From an uncultured Gemmatimonadota bacterium (lineage in GTDB: Bacteria > JAAXHH01), in the NCBI GenBank assembly GCA_951812955.1, contig OX638340.1, forward strand, positions 2,496,001-2,560,000: a DNA stretch of 64,000 nucleotides, given 5' to 3'. Below, one piece after another: positions 45,626 through 55,536 of the stretch (position 1 is its first letter; each line of letters opens with the position of its first letter). The notes under the pieces are model-generated. The model made no database searches, was not told the DNA's origin, and saw nothing but the letters and a program-made list of their open reading frames with translations. Position numbers and translations under genes: made by a program.

Positions 45626-46297
45626 TTACGCGGCCTCCGTCACGATCCGTCCGTCGAAGAGCCTGATGGTCCGGTGGGCGTGGTCGGCCAGCGCCTGGTC
45701 GTGGGTCACCATGATGATGGTCGTGCCCGCCTCGTTGAGGCCGTTGAGCAGTTCCATCACCTCGGCGCCGTTGGCCGAGTCCAGGTTACCCGTCGGCTCG
45801 TCCGCCAGGATCAGCCTGGGGTTGCCGATGACCGCCCGCGCCACGGCCACGCGCTGCTGCTGGCCGCCGGATAGCTGCTGCGGGAAGTGGTTCCGGCGGT
45901 GGGGGATCTGCATGTGCTCCATCGCCGCGTCCACCCGTTCCTTGCGCTCCTGCTTCGACGTGCCCAGGTAGATCAGCGGCAGTTCGATGTTCTCGTACAC
46001 GGTCAGCTCATCGATCAGGTTGAAGCTCTGGAAGACGAAGCCTATGTTGGCCTTGCGCAGGTTGGCGCGCTGCCGCTCGGAGTGGCCGGACACTTCCTGG
46101 TCCAGGAAATGGTACTCCCCGCCCGATGGATTGTCGAGGAGACCGAGGATGTTGAGCAGGGTGGACTTGCCGCAGCCCGAGGGTCCCATGACCGCCACGA
46201 ACTCGCCTTCGTCCACGGCCATGGTCACATCGTTCAGCGCCGTCGTCTCTACCTCTTCGGTCGCGTAGAGTTTCTTGAGATGTTCTGTCCTGATCAT
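45626..46297 (-). CDS. MacB/LolD-type ABC ATP-binding protein (cassette B), a near-identical paralog of 38148-38822.
   Basis: The motifs are the same. DNA identity to the cassette-A ATPase is high from about codon 10 to the stop and ends abruptly at both gene ends. The gene has backbone-like GC and sits at the edge of low-GC DNA. Confidence 0.85.
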   Translation of the reverse strand: MIRTEHLKKLYATEEVETTALNDVTMAVDEGEFVAVMGPSGCGKSTLLNILGLLDNPSGGEYHFLDQEVSGHSERQRANLRKANIGFVFQSFNLIDELTVYENIELPLIYLGTSKQERKERVDAAMEHMQIPHRRNHFPQQLSGGQQQRVAVARAVIGNPRLILADEPTGNLDSANGAEVMELLNGLNEAGTTIIMVTHDQALADHAHRTIRLFDGRIVTEAA

Positions 46298-46446
46298 GGT
46301 GCGCTCCCGTAGTGTGGTAATACTCCGTATCCACGCATGCCATTTCGGAATCGTTCCTAATATCAAAGTAGCAAATGAAGAGGGTTGCAATTCCAGGTCG
46401 GAGAGATTAACTCCATAGATTGTGCGACTACGTTCATGCTGGAGAA

Positions 46447-48864
46447 TCACTCATACCTGAGCGCATCTACCGGGTTCAACGGTGCTTCTTTTGTAACATG
46501 GAAGGCAATCGTAGCGATGATTACTAACAGAATCCCCATGCTTACCAAGATGTAGAGGCTAAGGGGTGGAGAAACTCGATATGCGAAATCTTGTAACCAA
46601 ACGGCAGTAACCAAGTACGCCAACGGCCACGCTACCAGATTGGCGATCGCTGCCATAACTACAAACTGTCTAGACAGCAACTGAGTCAATTTCATAACTG
46701 TAGCACCCAGGGTCTTGCGTATGCCTAATTCCTTCGTTCTCTGTTTTGTGGTCAGGGAGACCAGGTTGAAAAGTCCCAGGAATGTCAAGATAGTAGCTAA
46801 GATGGTACAGACACCTATAAGCGAACCTAGACGTTTCTCCGGTACGTAAAGTCGATCAATATCGTCCTCCAAGAGGGAATAGATAAATGGAATTTCAGGA
46901 AAATAAGACTGCCAGGTAAGATCTAGGTAACTTAACGCAGATTCCATTTTCCCATCCTGAAAGCGCACCATCATGTGTTCGCCATTACCGTTCGTGAAAA
47001 CCATCGGTTCAACAGGCTGATAAGACGACCGGAAGTGGGCATCCGCAACGACACCTACAACCCTGCCTCGTTGGGTGATCTGAGGGTATACGATATCTAT
47101 CGTCTGGTCTACTGCTGACACTGGAGAAGTCCAACCTAGGTGGCGTACTGCCGTTTCGTTGAGAACAAGCTCGATTACGGGCAAAGGCCCAAAAGTCGAA
47201 TATGTAGCAAGACTCCTGTGCCTCAAAAAGCGTCCGTGTACCAGCTGTAAACCCAGTGTGTTTATGTAATCGTGCTCAACGCCCACAAATCGTACGGATC
47301 TGGAATTCCTCAGACTGTTTCCTGCCCGAGTTCGAACCATCCCATCACCCATTGTACCACGGGCAGGTTCAAGTGCCGGCACATAAGTTGAGAATGAAAC
47401 GCTGAGTACATCTGGCGATCTCAACATATCGTTTTTGAATCCGCTAGGTGGAACTAGTATTCCGCCTGGGAAGAAGCCTGTTATCAGGGGTACATTGACT
47501 ACATTTGATTCGTCAAAACCCTGGGGTTTGGTCAACATGTATTGAATCTGGATGTAGACCACGCAGGTGCTGATAATCAGAATAGTGGAGAGAGAAAACT
47601 GGATGATGATGAGCATCCGTTTCACCAGTGGAAAGTCCACTGAATGGCTGATTCTGTTTCCAAGAGAAAAGAGAGGGTGTACTCCTGACATAACCAAAGC
47701 CGGAAATCCTCCTGAAACGACTCCAACGATTATCGCAACGACAACTATCCCAAGCCAGATTCCAAAGTCTTCAGTAACGCCAAAAGAAAGCGTTTTACCT
47801 GTCAGCCAATTAAATGATGGCAGTGCAAGATAGGTCAAAATGAGAGCTAAAAACAAAACCAACATCACCATGGTTAAGGATGCAATCATATGCTGCCTGA
47901 TAATCTGAATTCGATCAGCACCGAAAATCTTAATCAAACCCACTTCCTTCATCTGATCAGCCGAATGAACCATAGACAGATTGACAAAATTGATTGAAGC
48001 GATGAGCAACAAGAAGATCGCACCTGAAATGAGCGCAAAGATGTAACTCACACTGCTATTCACCTCGAGTTCATTCAAAAGGCGGGAACGAAGGTGAATC
48101 TCCGTTAGTGGTTGAAGTATGAAACTATACTCCCGGATCCACGCGCTGTTGCTAGGTTTTACCGTTGATTCAAAATACCGCTGAAACTTGTCTTCGAGAA
48201 TTGAAGCCTGGTTACCTTCGTTCAACCGGACGTAGGTGTAATAGTCGGGACGCGACCAGTTGTCAATGTAGGATAGTTCATTGCCGAAACTCAGGAAGAA
48301 CCCAGCCTCGAAATGGGAGTTGACCGGGAAATCCTCCATTATCGCGGTAACGGTAAAATCCCATGTGTTGTCGGCTTGCAACACCTTACCGATGGGATCT
48401 TCCTCGCCAAAGTACTTTCTGGCGACTGACTCTGATATAACGACCTTGCCTATGCCATCCAACGCGTTGGTTTTGTTCCCCTTTACAAGTGGTATGGTAA
48501 AGACATCAAACAAGGAGGCTTCGGTCCAGTATACCTTATCTTCGTAAAAAGCACGATCACCGTACTGCATTAGCCAGATGGCCCTGGCCGCCCTTAAACG
48601 AACAGTACTTACAACTTCAGGAAAGTTCAGCTCAAGGGAACCTGAGGCGGCACCTGGAGTTCGGGCATTGGTGCCGTCAATCAATCGGAAGATCTCGTTG
48701 GCGTGTTCGTGGTGAGAATCGTATTTCAGTTCTTCCTGGATATACATCAGGGTTAAAATACACATAGCCATCCCGACAGTTATTCCGCTGATGTTTAATA
48801 TGGTATTGGATTTCTGCTTTAATAGTGCACGGGTGGAGATTTTCAGGTGGTGGGGTAGTTCCAT
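46447..48864 (-). CDS. MacB-like ABC permease with duplicated FtsX domains (cassette B, low-GC).
   Basis: It is 805 aa with the same architecture and conserved blocks (SADQMKEVGLIKIFGA, QRTKELGIRKTLGAT, NPVDALRYE). Confidence 0.85.
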   Translation of the reverse strand: MELPHHLKISTRALLKQKSNTILNISGITVGMAMCILTLMYIQEELKYDSHHEHANEIFRLIDGTNARTPGAASGSLELNFPEVVSTVRLRAARAIWLMQYGDRAFYEDKVYWTEASLFDVFTIPLVKGNKTNALDGIGKVVISESVARKYFGEEDPIGKVLQADNTWDFTVTAIMEDFPVNSHFEAGFFLSFGNELSYIDNWSRPDYYTYVRLNEGNQASILEDKFQRYFESTVKPSNSAWIREYSFILQPLTEIHLRSRLLNELEVNSSVSYIFALISGAIFLLLIASINFVNLSMVHSADQMKEVGLIKIFGADRIQIIRQHMIASLTMVMLVLFLALILTYLALPSFNWLTGKTLSFGVTEDFGIWLGIVVVAIIVGVVSGGFPALVMSGVHPLFSLGNRISHSVDFPLVKRMLIIIQFSLSTILIISTCVVYIQIQYMLTKPQGFDESNVVNVPLITGFFPGGILVPPSGFKNDMLRSPDVLSVSFSTYVPALEPARGTMGDGMVRTRAGNSLRNSRSVRFVGVEHDYINTLGLQLVHGRFLRHRSLATYSTFGPLPVIELVLNETAVRHLGWTSPVSAVDQTIDIVYPQITQRGRVVGVVADAHFRSSYQPVEPMVFTNGNGEHMMVRFQDGKMESALSYLDLTWQSYFPEIPFIYSLLEDDIDRLYVPEKRLGSLIGVCTILATILTFLGLFNLVSLTTKQRTKELGIRKTLGATVMKLTQLLSRQFVVMAAIANLVAWPLAYLVTAVWLQDFAYRVSPPLSLYILVSMGILLVIIATIAFHVTKEAPLNPVDALRYE

Positions 48865-49707
48865 AACTGGCCTACAGATACTTAGTAAATGGTTCTAAGA
48901 GGGTTGTGATTAACGTCGAAGGGGCAGTTGAAAGTCTATAACTGCCTGTACGTTTAAACTCGTCCTCCGGTTTGATCAGCCCCAGACGTTCGCCGAGTGT
49001 TTTGGACTCGTCCACCACTGGCATTCAGCGAGGAGAGCATTTCCGTTGTCGGTGCGTGGAGCGTCGTTTGTTTTTTAACCTTGATGAATTCAATACCCAG
49101 ACGAAGTCGGTCAATCAACTCTTCCAACTGCTTGATTTGAATAGGCTAATAGAGGAAGTCACGGCGAAGGCTTCACTGGCAATATCGCGACTTTGATTCA
49201 GGTAGTTAATGTTGTCGTACGCATCTTAGTCTCCATGTGCGCTGTCAGGTTGGGTCTGTGACGGATTTTGTGTTACTGACTTTATCATGTTAAGGGCACT
49301 TTGTCTTCGTACATGATGATGAACTTGCTGGTGGCGGCCGTCCAGTTGGCGATGGGCCGTGTCTACCTTCGGGCCAGGTAGAGCAGTTTCCTGGCTACCC
49401 CGTCGGTGGGGAAGGCGCCGCCGCGCTATGGTCACCCCCAGTCTGCATGAGCACGTTCACCGCCCGTTACAATTCTGCTTCACATTGCATGGCGGCCAGC
49501 AATAGACTGGCAAAAGACGGTCAAAGGACAGGCGTAAACTTGTCGCTCTGAGTGCTATCCTTTACATAAACCTCTTCGACTCAGTCGTCTTCCACGGCTT
49601 CTTTATTCAGTCGACGTTTTCATCAAGCCCTTTAGATCCTCGTCGGTCTGTCTTGAAGCTACCGTGTATTTAACACCGCTCCCTTGTCATGAAGTACGAC
49701 CCACTCG

Positions 49708-50709
49708 TTAATTGACAATCTGCAATCTATTCTGGATCCCTCTTGTAAAAATAAACTGTCCATGCTGATCAATCCAGATCCCCTCGACGTATGGCATATC
49801 GTTCAGCAATCTCTGAGAACTTTCGATACCCATAACATAAGTCGCTGTGGCAAGCGCATCCGCTATCATTGCGTCGGGAGCGATAATCGTGGCGCTATGC
49901 ACGTGATCCGTCGAAGTCCCAAGTCGAGGATTGAGTATGTGTGTAATACGGCGACCTTGATTGATTTTGTAGTTTTCATAACCACCCGACGTCGCAACCG
50001 CCTCATCTTCGATTTCGACTGTGGCGCACAATGTATTGGGATGGTATGGAGACCGGATACCAATACGCCAAAGACGTTCAGGTTCTGGCCTTCCCATGGC
50101 AAGAACATCCCCACCTGCAGATATCAACCCGCATCTAATGTGGCGGTTTCGTAATACGTGAGCCATTCGATCCAATCCGTAACCTTTTGCTATTCCGCCA
50201 AAGTCTACCCCATAACCAGACGAAGCAATTCGTACTTTCTGTTCTTGCACTTGCAACTGATTAAAGTCTACCAGTTCGAGCATTTGCCGTAAGCTTCGAC
50301 TTGACGGATCACAATTATAAAATCCCCAGTGGTACATAATCGGTAGAATTGTCACATCGAAGGCACCATCTGTAATCTCGCCGATTCGTCTTGCTGTAGT
50401 CGCGACCTTGATAAAGTGGGGTGTTACGCCATGCCAAAGCCCATACATGTTGTTTACATGCGTAAGTTCACTGGTATTACGATAGAGGCTTAGCAGGCTG
50501 TCAATTTGAGCTAAAGCATCGAAGGCATCATAAATTGATTCTTTACTGTACTCGCATTCCTTGATTACAAGTTCTACTTTCGTCCCCATATGAATCTGAT
50601 GACGACGAACAAGCCTTTGCTTGTCTGACAATCCTGCGCCAAAATTGTATGGCACAAGTAACATTGCCGATGAAAGGCCGACCGATTTTATGAAATTGCG
50701 TCGCTTCAT
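49708..50709 (-). CDS. apbE: FAD:protein FMN transferase ApbE (flavin transferase), with a Tat/lipoprotein-type signal.
   Basis: It has an N-terminal MKRRNFIKSVGLSSAML signal. The ApbE family blocks are present (HMGTKVELVI…, GAFDVTI…, VDFGGIAKGYGLD, ISAGGDV, ATSGGYENY, PRLG, ADALATATYVMG). It is 333 aa. Confidence 0.85.
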   Translation of the reverse strand: MKRRNFIKSVGLSSAMLLVPYNFGAGLSDKQRLVRRHQIHMGTKVELVIKECEYSKESIYDAFDALAQIDSLLSLYRNTSELTHVNNMYGLWHGVTPHFIKVATTARRIGEITDGAFDVTILPIMYHWGFYNCDPSSRSLRQMLELVDFNQLQVQEQKVRIASSGYGVDFGGIAKGYGLDRMAHVLRNRHIRCGLISAGGDVLAMGRPEPERLWRIGIRSPYHPNTLCATVEIEDEAVATSGGYENYKINQGRRITHILNPRLGTSTDHVHSATIIAPDAMIADALATATYVMGIESSQRLLNDMPYVEGIWIDQHGQFIFTRGIQNRLQIVN

Positions 50710-50778
50710 AGGGGCTATGCTATGATGGAATCTAGGACCATCTTTGTTTTCAAAAACAAGGCTACGTACAGAAAGCCC

Positions 50779-51396
50779 CTAACCTCGATGGATATGCCTA
50801 AGTCTATTGAGAGCATCAACAATATGAATCGAGCTTTTGGTAGCACCTGTGATTCCGTCGATATTTTCGCCTAATACGTAGAAATGTAGGTTCGGTTTCG
50901 ACTTAAATTGCCTCAGAAACCTCGTTTCATCCTCAACAGATAGTGGTTCACCGGAGAGTTCAAGGGGTTCAAGCACTCTGATATCATGGAGCCGACCCAA
51001 GTCATCGAGTGCGACGAGCATTCGGACGTTATTGCAAACAGGACATTTGAGATCCTCCTGTATTTCGTAGACGTAGCCAACAGTGTCGATTCGTTCGTCA
51101 AACACCACATATCGATCGTAACCTCTGAATTTCTCGTGTTTGCTAGAATAGCTTTCAGAGAAAGCGGATATAGTGAATTCCCTTAAGATACGATCGTCAA
51201 GTGGTGGGAATATGTCGGATGAAGTAATCGAACCACTTCCCGATCCCAAGTTCGACACGTGTGAGTAAATCACATCGTCATCACATGAATGTCCGGATAA
51301 GTAGACTATATTGACCACAGCAATTACTACTCCGGTTATAAGAAACATGGTTCTTTGAATGAGTTTGAAATTTCGCATACTACAACCGAACTCCAT
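50779..51396 (-). CDS. Membrane-anchored FMN-binding domain protein (NqrC/RnfG/NosR-type FMN_bind), the predicted flavinylation substrate of ApbE.
   Basis: It has an N-terminal TM helix, a CPVCNN element and the flavinylation-type motif IDGITGATKSS near the C-terminus. Its 5' end lies 70 nt after the apbE stop. Confidence 0.75.
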   Translation of the reverse strand: MEFGCSMRNFKLIQRTMFLITGVVIAVVNIVYLSGHSCDDDVIYSHVSNLGSGSGSITSSDIFPPLDDRILREFTISAFSESYSSKHEKFRGYDRYVVFDERIDTVGYVYEIQEDLKCPVCNNVRMLVALDDLGRLHDIRVLEPLELSGEPLSVEDETRFLRQFKSKPNLHFYVLGENIDGITGATKSSIHIVDALNRLRHIHRG

Positions 51397-51515
51397 CTTC
51401 GTTTGAGCAGAAGAGGCCGAAGTTTGACTGGTTGTTCCTTGGGAGCCACGACATAGATTTGGGATTTCACTGACTGAACAGAATGTTGAGTTGAGGGGAG
51501 GCCGAGCCAATACAC

Positions 51516-51911
51516 TTATCTAAGGCGGAAGCTCATTGGAAAGTAGAATTGCGCAGATATAGGCTTTCCTTCCTTAGTCGCTGGCTTGAAAATCATCATT
51601 CGTGCTTGCGACAGTGCAAGACTATCTAGTTCTGGATGGGTCGACGATTCTATGATCGAAACAGATTCCACCGTGCCATCTGCCTTAGATCTTAAGAGAA
51701 GTACAACATCGCCTTCATTGCTGTACTTATCCTGTGGCGTGGGTCTAAACAATAGTCGTGGAGACGTATCCCAATCACCCACTTTAGCTATAACTTCAGT
51801 GTCAACTTGGGTTTCTTCCACCGGCACACTATCGTTCTCTACATTTCTGTCGTTACTGCAGGAGATGACTAACGAAAAGAGTACAATCTGGGACAGGCTG
51901 AATCGAAGCAT
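51516..51911 (-). CDS. Lipoprotein with a TonB-C-like domain (cassette B).
   Basis: It has the lipobox LVISC. Its C-terminal domain reads EGDVVLLLRSKADGTVESVSIIESSTHPELDSLALSQARMMIFKPATKEGKPISAQFYFPMSF. Confidence 0.65.
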   Translation of the reverse strand: MLRFSLSQIVLFSLVISCSNDRNVENDSVPVEETQVDTEVIAKVGDWDTSPRLLFRPTPQDKYSNEGDVVLLLRSKADGTVESVSIIESSTHPELDSLALSQARMMIFKPATKEGKPISAQFYFPMSFRLR

Positions 51912-52022
51912 TTGTGGAGCCCTTTCTGTCATATGAGGTCGATTTCTGAACGCGAGGTAAATTCTGATTCATGTTCTAACTTTCAATGTGATTCAAAATC
52001 ACCAGTATAAGTTAAAACCTGA

Positions 52023-53735
52023 TCAATCGGGGCTATTGACCCGAGAAGTAAATCGAAAATTGTATTTAAATATCGTATTTTGGGGGACGATGAGTCGTGT
52101 TCCCATAGTGGGCATTAAACGAAACCTGCCTACAGACTCTAAGGCGATACTATCCAGTGCCGGATGTGCTGATGGTGTCTTTGTCCAAATCGAATCTACG
52201 ATACCATTTGAGTCGAAAAGTACGTTCACTGCAATTTCCATTTCGTCAAGATGACCGTACTCAAGAGGGAATGCACGACTCGTAGCCGTACCGAGGTGCA
52301 AGATTAGAGGTTCTTCATACGATGGCACAACATAGTCGTCAATGATCCCGTCGGTCACTAGTCGAATGTATTGGTCATATCCTTCCAAGGATCGCCAGGA
52401 ATCATCTTTTGTGAATCTGGCGATACTCTGTGCAAAAGATGTAAAAGGGAGGTCACCGATACGGCGAGGATGGGACATCATGTTGACGGATTGATTGTTG
52501 GCGTACGATCTGATAAAAAGACTCGATTCATCTATCGGCATGGAAGACACGTTATCGAAGTATCGTGTGAAAGTTGACCGGTCCGACCCGTTGGAATCAT
52601 GGGCTTCGGTGGACGGCATGTTAGTGAAGTATTGAGAGATATCAAATCGGTCTGACCCGCTGGATGCCTGCACTTCGCGATAGGTAGTTGTAGTCAGATA
52701 GTACTCCACATTTGAAACGTAGAATACGGAAATGGTCGCATCATGAGACCGGACGTAGTCTGATATACCACGCAAGGCTGTTTCACCGGCGAAATCACCT
52801 ACGACTGGAACGATCAAGTTCCTCCCGTGCAACTTCTTGACGACGTCAAATGCACTATCATCAGCAAGGAAGTTGGCTTGCTCCCCACTTATCGTTTCTG
52901 CAAGAATCAACTCCCGCAGACTCGGGAAATTAAAGGTTGCATCCCCCGGTGTTCCCAGATCGTACTGGATGTCTAACTGGCTCCTGAAGAAAGCCTGATA
53001 GACTCGTTCGACAGCTTTCATATCTTCCATCGAGTCTATGCCATACGAATGTAAATGGGACTTGATGACCCGGAGATTTCGCTCGTAGAGTTTTACATCG
53101 GGATCTATTCCGTCGAAATATGCGATCAGCGTTGCAACAGATGATTCACTTCGAGACCAGGGCCGGACCGGTCCTCCCTTAAATATCTCGGCCAGGTAGG
53201 AGAGATTCCGGTTCAATGGTTTGCTGAGCAGCCTAGACAGGAATTCAGCACTGTCGCTGGACTGAGCGAAGAGGGACTTGTAGATCAGGTGCAACAGCAT
53301 GTTATCGCGACGAATGTCAACCACGAAAGCCATGTGCGGCCTGGTCTCGGCGATGTAGGTAAAATTCTGTTCGGGGCCGACACCCACATAAACGCCACCG
53401 GAAACGTGCCGTTCGCGTAGTACGGCAAATGGATGCAGGTAAGAAGATTCGTTTGAGGTGAAATTGGTTGAATGAAAGGAGCCACCCGTCTCCGACAGTT
53501 CTCTAATCAGGTTCGAGAAGGCTGGCGTGGACAGTGAGTCCGGGAGGGCACCTGCTCTTGGATATGGCTTTACAGTCCTCTTGTTAGACCAATCAGAAGG
53601 ATTGTAACACTGGACTGCAAACAACATCACGACAACACCTGCCGTTATCCATGTTGTTGTTTTCCATATAACCATATCCGAGGATTTCCAAGCAGCTAAA
53701 GATTGACCTAAGTATTGTGAAAGTCTCTCAGCCAC
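52023..53735 (-). CDS. Large membrane-anchored protein of unknown function with a C-terminal TonB-C-like domain (cassette B).
   Basis: It has an N-terminal TM helix and a roughly 380-aa domain I could not assign (…GVYVGVGPEQNFTYIAETRPHMAFVVDIRRDN…IVPVVGDFAGETALRGISDYV…). The C-terminus, PSYEEPLILHLG…GIVDSIWTKTPSAHPALDSIALESVGRFRLMP…FKYNFRF, matches the TonB-C pattern. Confidence 0.58.
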   Translation of the reverse strand: MAERLSQYLGQSLAAWKSSDMVIWKTTTWITAGVVVMLFAVQCYNPSDWSNKRTVKPYPRAGALPDSLSTPAFSNLIRELSETGGSFHSTNFTSNESSYLHPFAVLRERHVSGGVYVGVGPEQNFTYIAETRPHMAFVVDIRRDNMLLHLIYKSLFAQSSDSAEFLSRLLSKPLNRNLSYLAEIFKGGPVRPWSRSESSVATLIAYFDGIDPDVKLYERNLRVIKSHLHSYGIDSMEDMKAVERVYQAFFRSQLDIQYDLGTPGDATFNFPSLRELILAETISGEQANFLADDSAFDVVKKLHGRNLIVPVVGDFAGETALRGISDYVRSHDATISVFYVSNVEYYLTTTTYREVQASSGSDRFDISQYFTNMPSTEAHDSNGSDRSTFTRYFDNVSSMPIDESSLFIRSYANNQSVNMMSHPRRIGDLPFTSFAQSIARFTKDDSWRSLEGYDQYIRLVTDGIIDDYVVPSYEEPLILHLGTATSRAFPLEYGHLDEMEIAVNVLFDSNGIVDSIWTKTPSAHPALDSIALESVGRFRLMPTMGTRLIVPQNTIFKYNFRFTSRVNSPD

Positions 53736-53771
53736 TTCTTTTGACTAAGAGACTCTCACGCCGGATCAGCC

Positions 53772-55055
53772 CTAACAACTTCTACCACCATTACAGTAAC
53801 AACCTACATAGCCCCACACATATGCATCCCCACAGTCATCATAATAACTACAATATACGCGATGGGCCAGGACCGCATAGGCAAAGGAGAAGGGCAACGC
53901 GCACTGCAACCCCACGTGGACGATTCGATCGAGCATCCAGACTATCACGGGTAGGGCTGGACCGGATGCCGGAACCAGACCCCAAGAGGACAGGAGCGTG
54001 CCGGGTTTCGTGATTGTCCACATCGGCGCGAGGATGAGGGCCAGGATGAATCCGGCCTCGATAATCTGGAGGCGTATGCGCTGTTGCTGGCTCGCCACGA
54101 AACGCTGGGCAATCAGTAGGCATCCTGTTAAGATAACAACGAGGAGAGGAAACATTGGAACGGGAATGGGCTCAACTATGCGGACGACGAACTGCGCAAT
54201 CTCATTATTCCAACCATGGGTGATGCTCAGTAAGTAGATCGAATGTAAGACTATCCACACAAAGAGAGGCGTCAGGATGAACAATGCTTTTTTTCGTAAC
54301 CATTCTCCAAAGACAGACGAACTTGGAAAAACAGTTAATATCTGAAAGATAAGAACAGTTTCCAGGATTGTTGCTAATACGACGATGTATATACTGAGCG
54401 ATAGTAACCAAACCGGCCATCCTGCGATCATGGGATGAAAGGCAGGAGACGATGTGAGCGCCGTAGCGAGGAAGAGCAACGCGCATCGAAAGGCGATGAC
54501 GTTTAGATGACTGCGGAATCCCATCCAAGTACCAAAACCTAACAGCACGATCGGGAAGATCAGAAAGGGTCCTCTTTGGAACCAGGTCATCTCCGCGACA
54601 CCCATCACAATCTCCTGCTGATCAACCTGTAGGGTGTAAGGTACCTCTTCGATCTCCTCAAGTGTCATGATACCGGTATGTATCCGATCTTCGCGAAGCC
54701 AGACGATTTCGATACGTTCTCCGGGTTGACTTTGCAAACGTGCCTGGAAATAGGCTTCTGGTCGTGATCTCAGGTCGATTCCATTTACCGATATGATCCG
54801 GTCGCCCGACTGTATTCCTGCCAGGTCGGCCGGACTTCCGTTCTCGATCTGTACTGCGATGATACCTTCGTCTTGGCGAATCCGGACGAGATGAAACCAC
54901 GTACCTTCCTGTAGATTGCTAACGGCGCTCTTCGTCAACCCCGGCGTTTGTATCATCTCGCTACCAAAAAATTGAATGCCGGGCGACCAGTGTTCGATCT
55001 GCGTGAATCGAACAAGTGTCCACGCCACCAGACCCAATTGCATGCATAGCAGCAA
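53772..55055 (-). CDS. Polytopic membrane protein with a PDZ domain.
   Basis: It has an N-terminal TM helix. The PDZ domain reads GIIAVQIENGSPADLAGIQSGDRIISVNGIDL. It is followed by roughly 6 predicted TM segments with no HExxH, and it is low-GC. Confidence 0.6.
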   Translation of the reverse strand: MLLCMQLGLVAWTLVRFTQIEHWSPGIQFFGSEMIQTPGLTKSAVSNLQEGTWFHLVRIRQDEGIIAVQIENGSPADLAGIQSGDRIISVNGIDLRSRPEAYFQARLQSQPGERIEIVWLREDRIHTGIMTLEEIEEVPYTLQVDQQEIVMGVAEMTWFQRGPFLIFPIVLLGFGTWMGFRSHLNVIAFRCALLFLATALTSSPAFHPMIAGWPVWLLSLSIYIVVLATILETVLIFQILTVFPSSSVFGEWLRKKALFILTPLFVWIVLHSIYLLSITHGWNNEIAQFVVRIVEPIPVPMFPLLVVILTGCLLIAQRFVASQQQRIRLQIIEAGFILALILAPMWTITKPGTLLSSWGLVPASGPALPVIVWMLDRIVHVGLQCALPFSFAYAVLAHRVYCSYYDDCGDAYVWGYVGCYCNGGRSC

Positions 55056-55506
55056 GGCAAGTGTACAAACTATGAGATATCGATAGTTGAAAAACTTCAG
55101 TTGAGATCACCCCTGAGACTATGGACTGGATTCCGCAATACATGTTGCGTTGTGCCGACAATCGCCGTAAAGAGTTCAATTATAGACTATTCAGAGAAGA
55201 CGTGTCGGCAGCTTTGAAGAAATGTTACGAAACAGTAAGTGTCAAGAAAGTGCTGGTCACTGGTATTAGTCGTTACAAGGACCAGAACGAGGTCTTGTAG
55301 AAAATACTGGTCTAAACTAACACGGAATAGGAAAGGGAAGGTATTGCGAAACTATTGCTTGCGTTGTAGAACCGGCCATTCAACTCTGTGTGGTCGATTC
55401 AACCTGGCGGACCGCAGGTCGATTGGATTGTTCTTAAGGCTTTTTCAACTCGATTGTGTATCGTAGCCACGAGTTTTTAGCCGAAACAAAGCGACGCCCT
55501 TAAAAC

Positions 55507-55536
55507 TTGACACCAGAAGCTGGATCGCAACATATT
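55507..55536 (+). promoter_or_regulatory. Candidate sigma-70-type promoter upstream of the EF-G-family gene (TTGACA-17/18nt-ACATAT/CATATT).
   Basis: A perfect -35 hexamer sits at 55507-55512. A weak -10 lies 17-18 nt downstream. This is about 85-110 nt before the GTG at 55615/55621, which has a GAGGAGG RBS. Confidence 0.3.
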
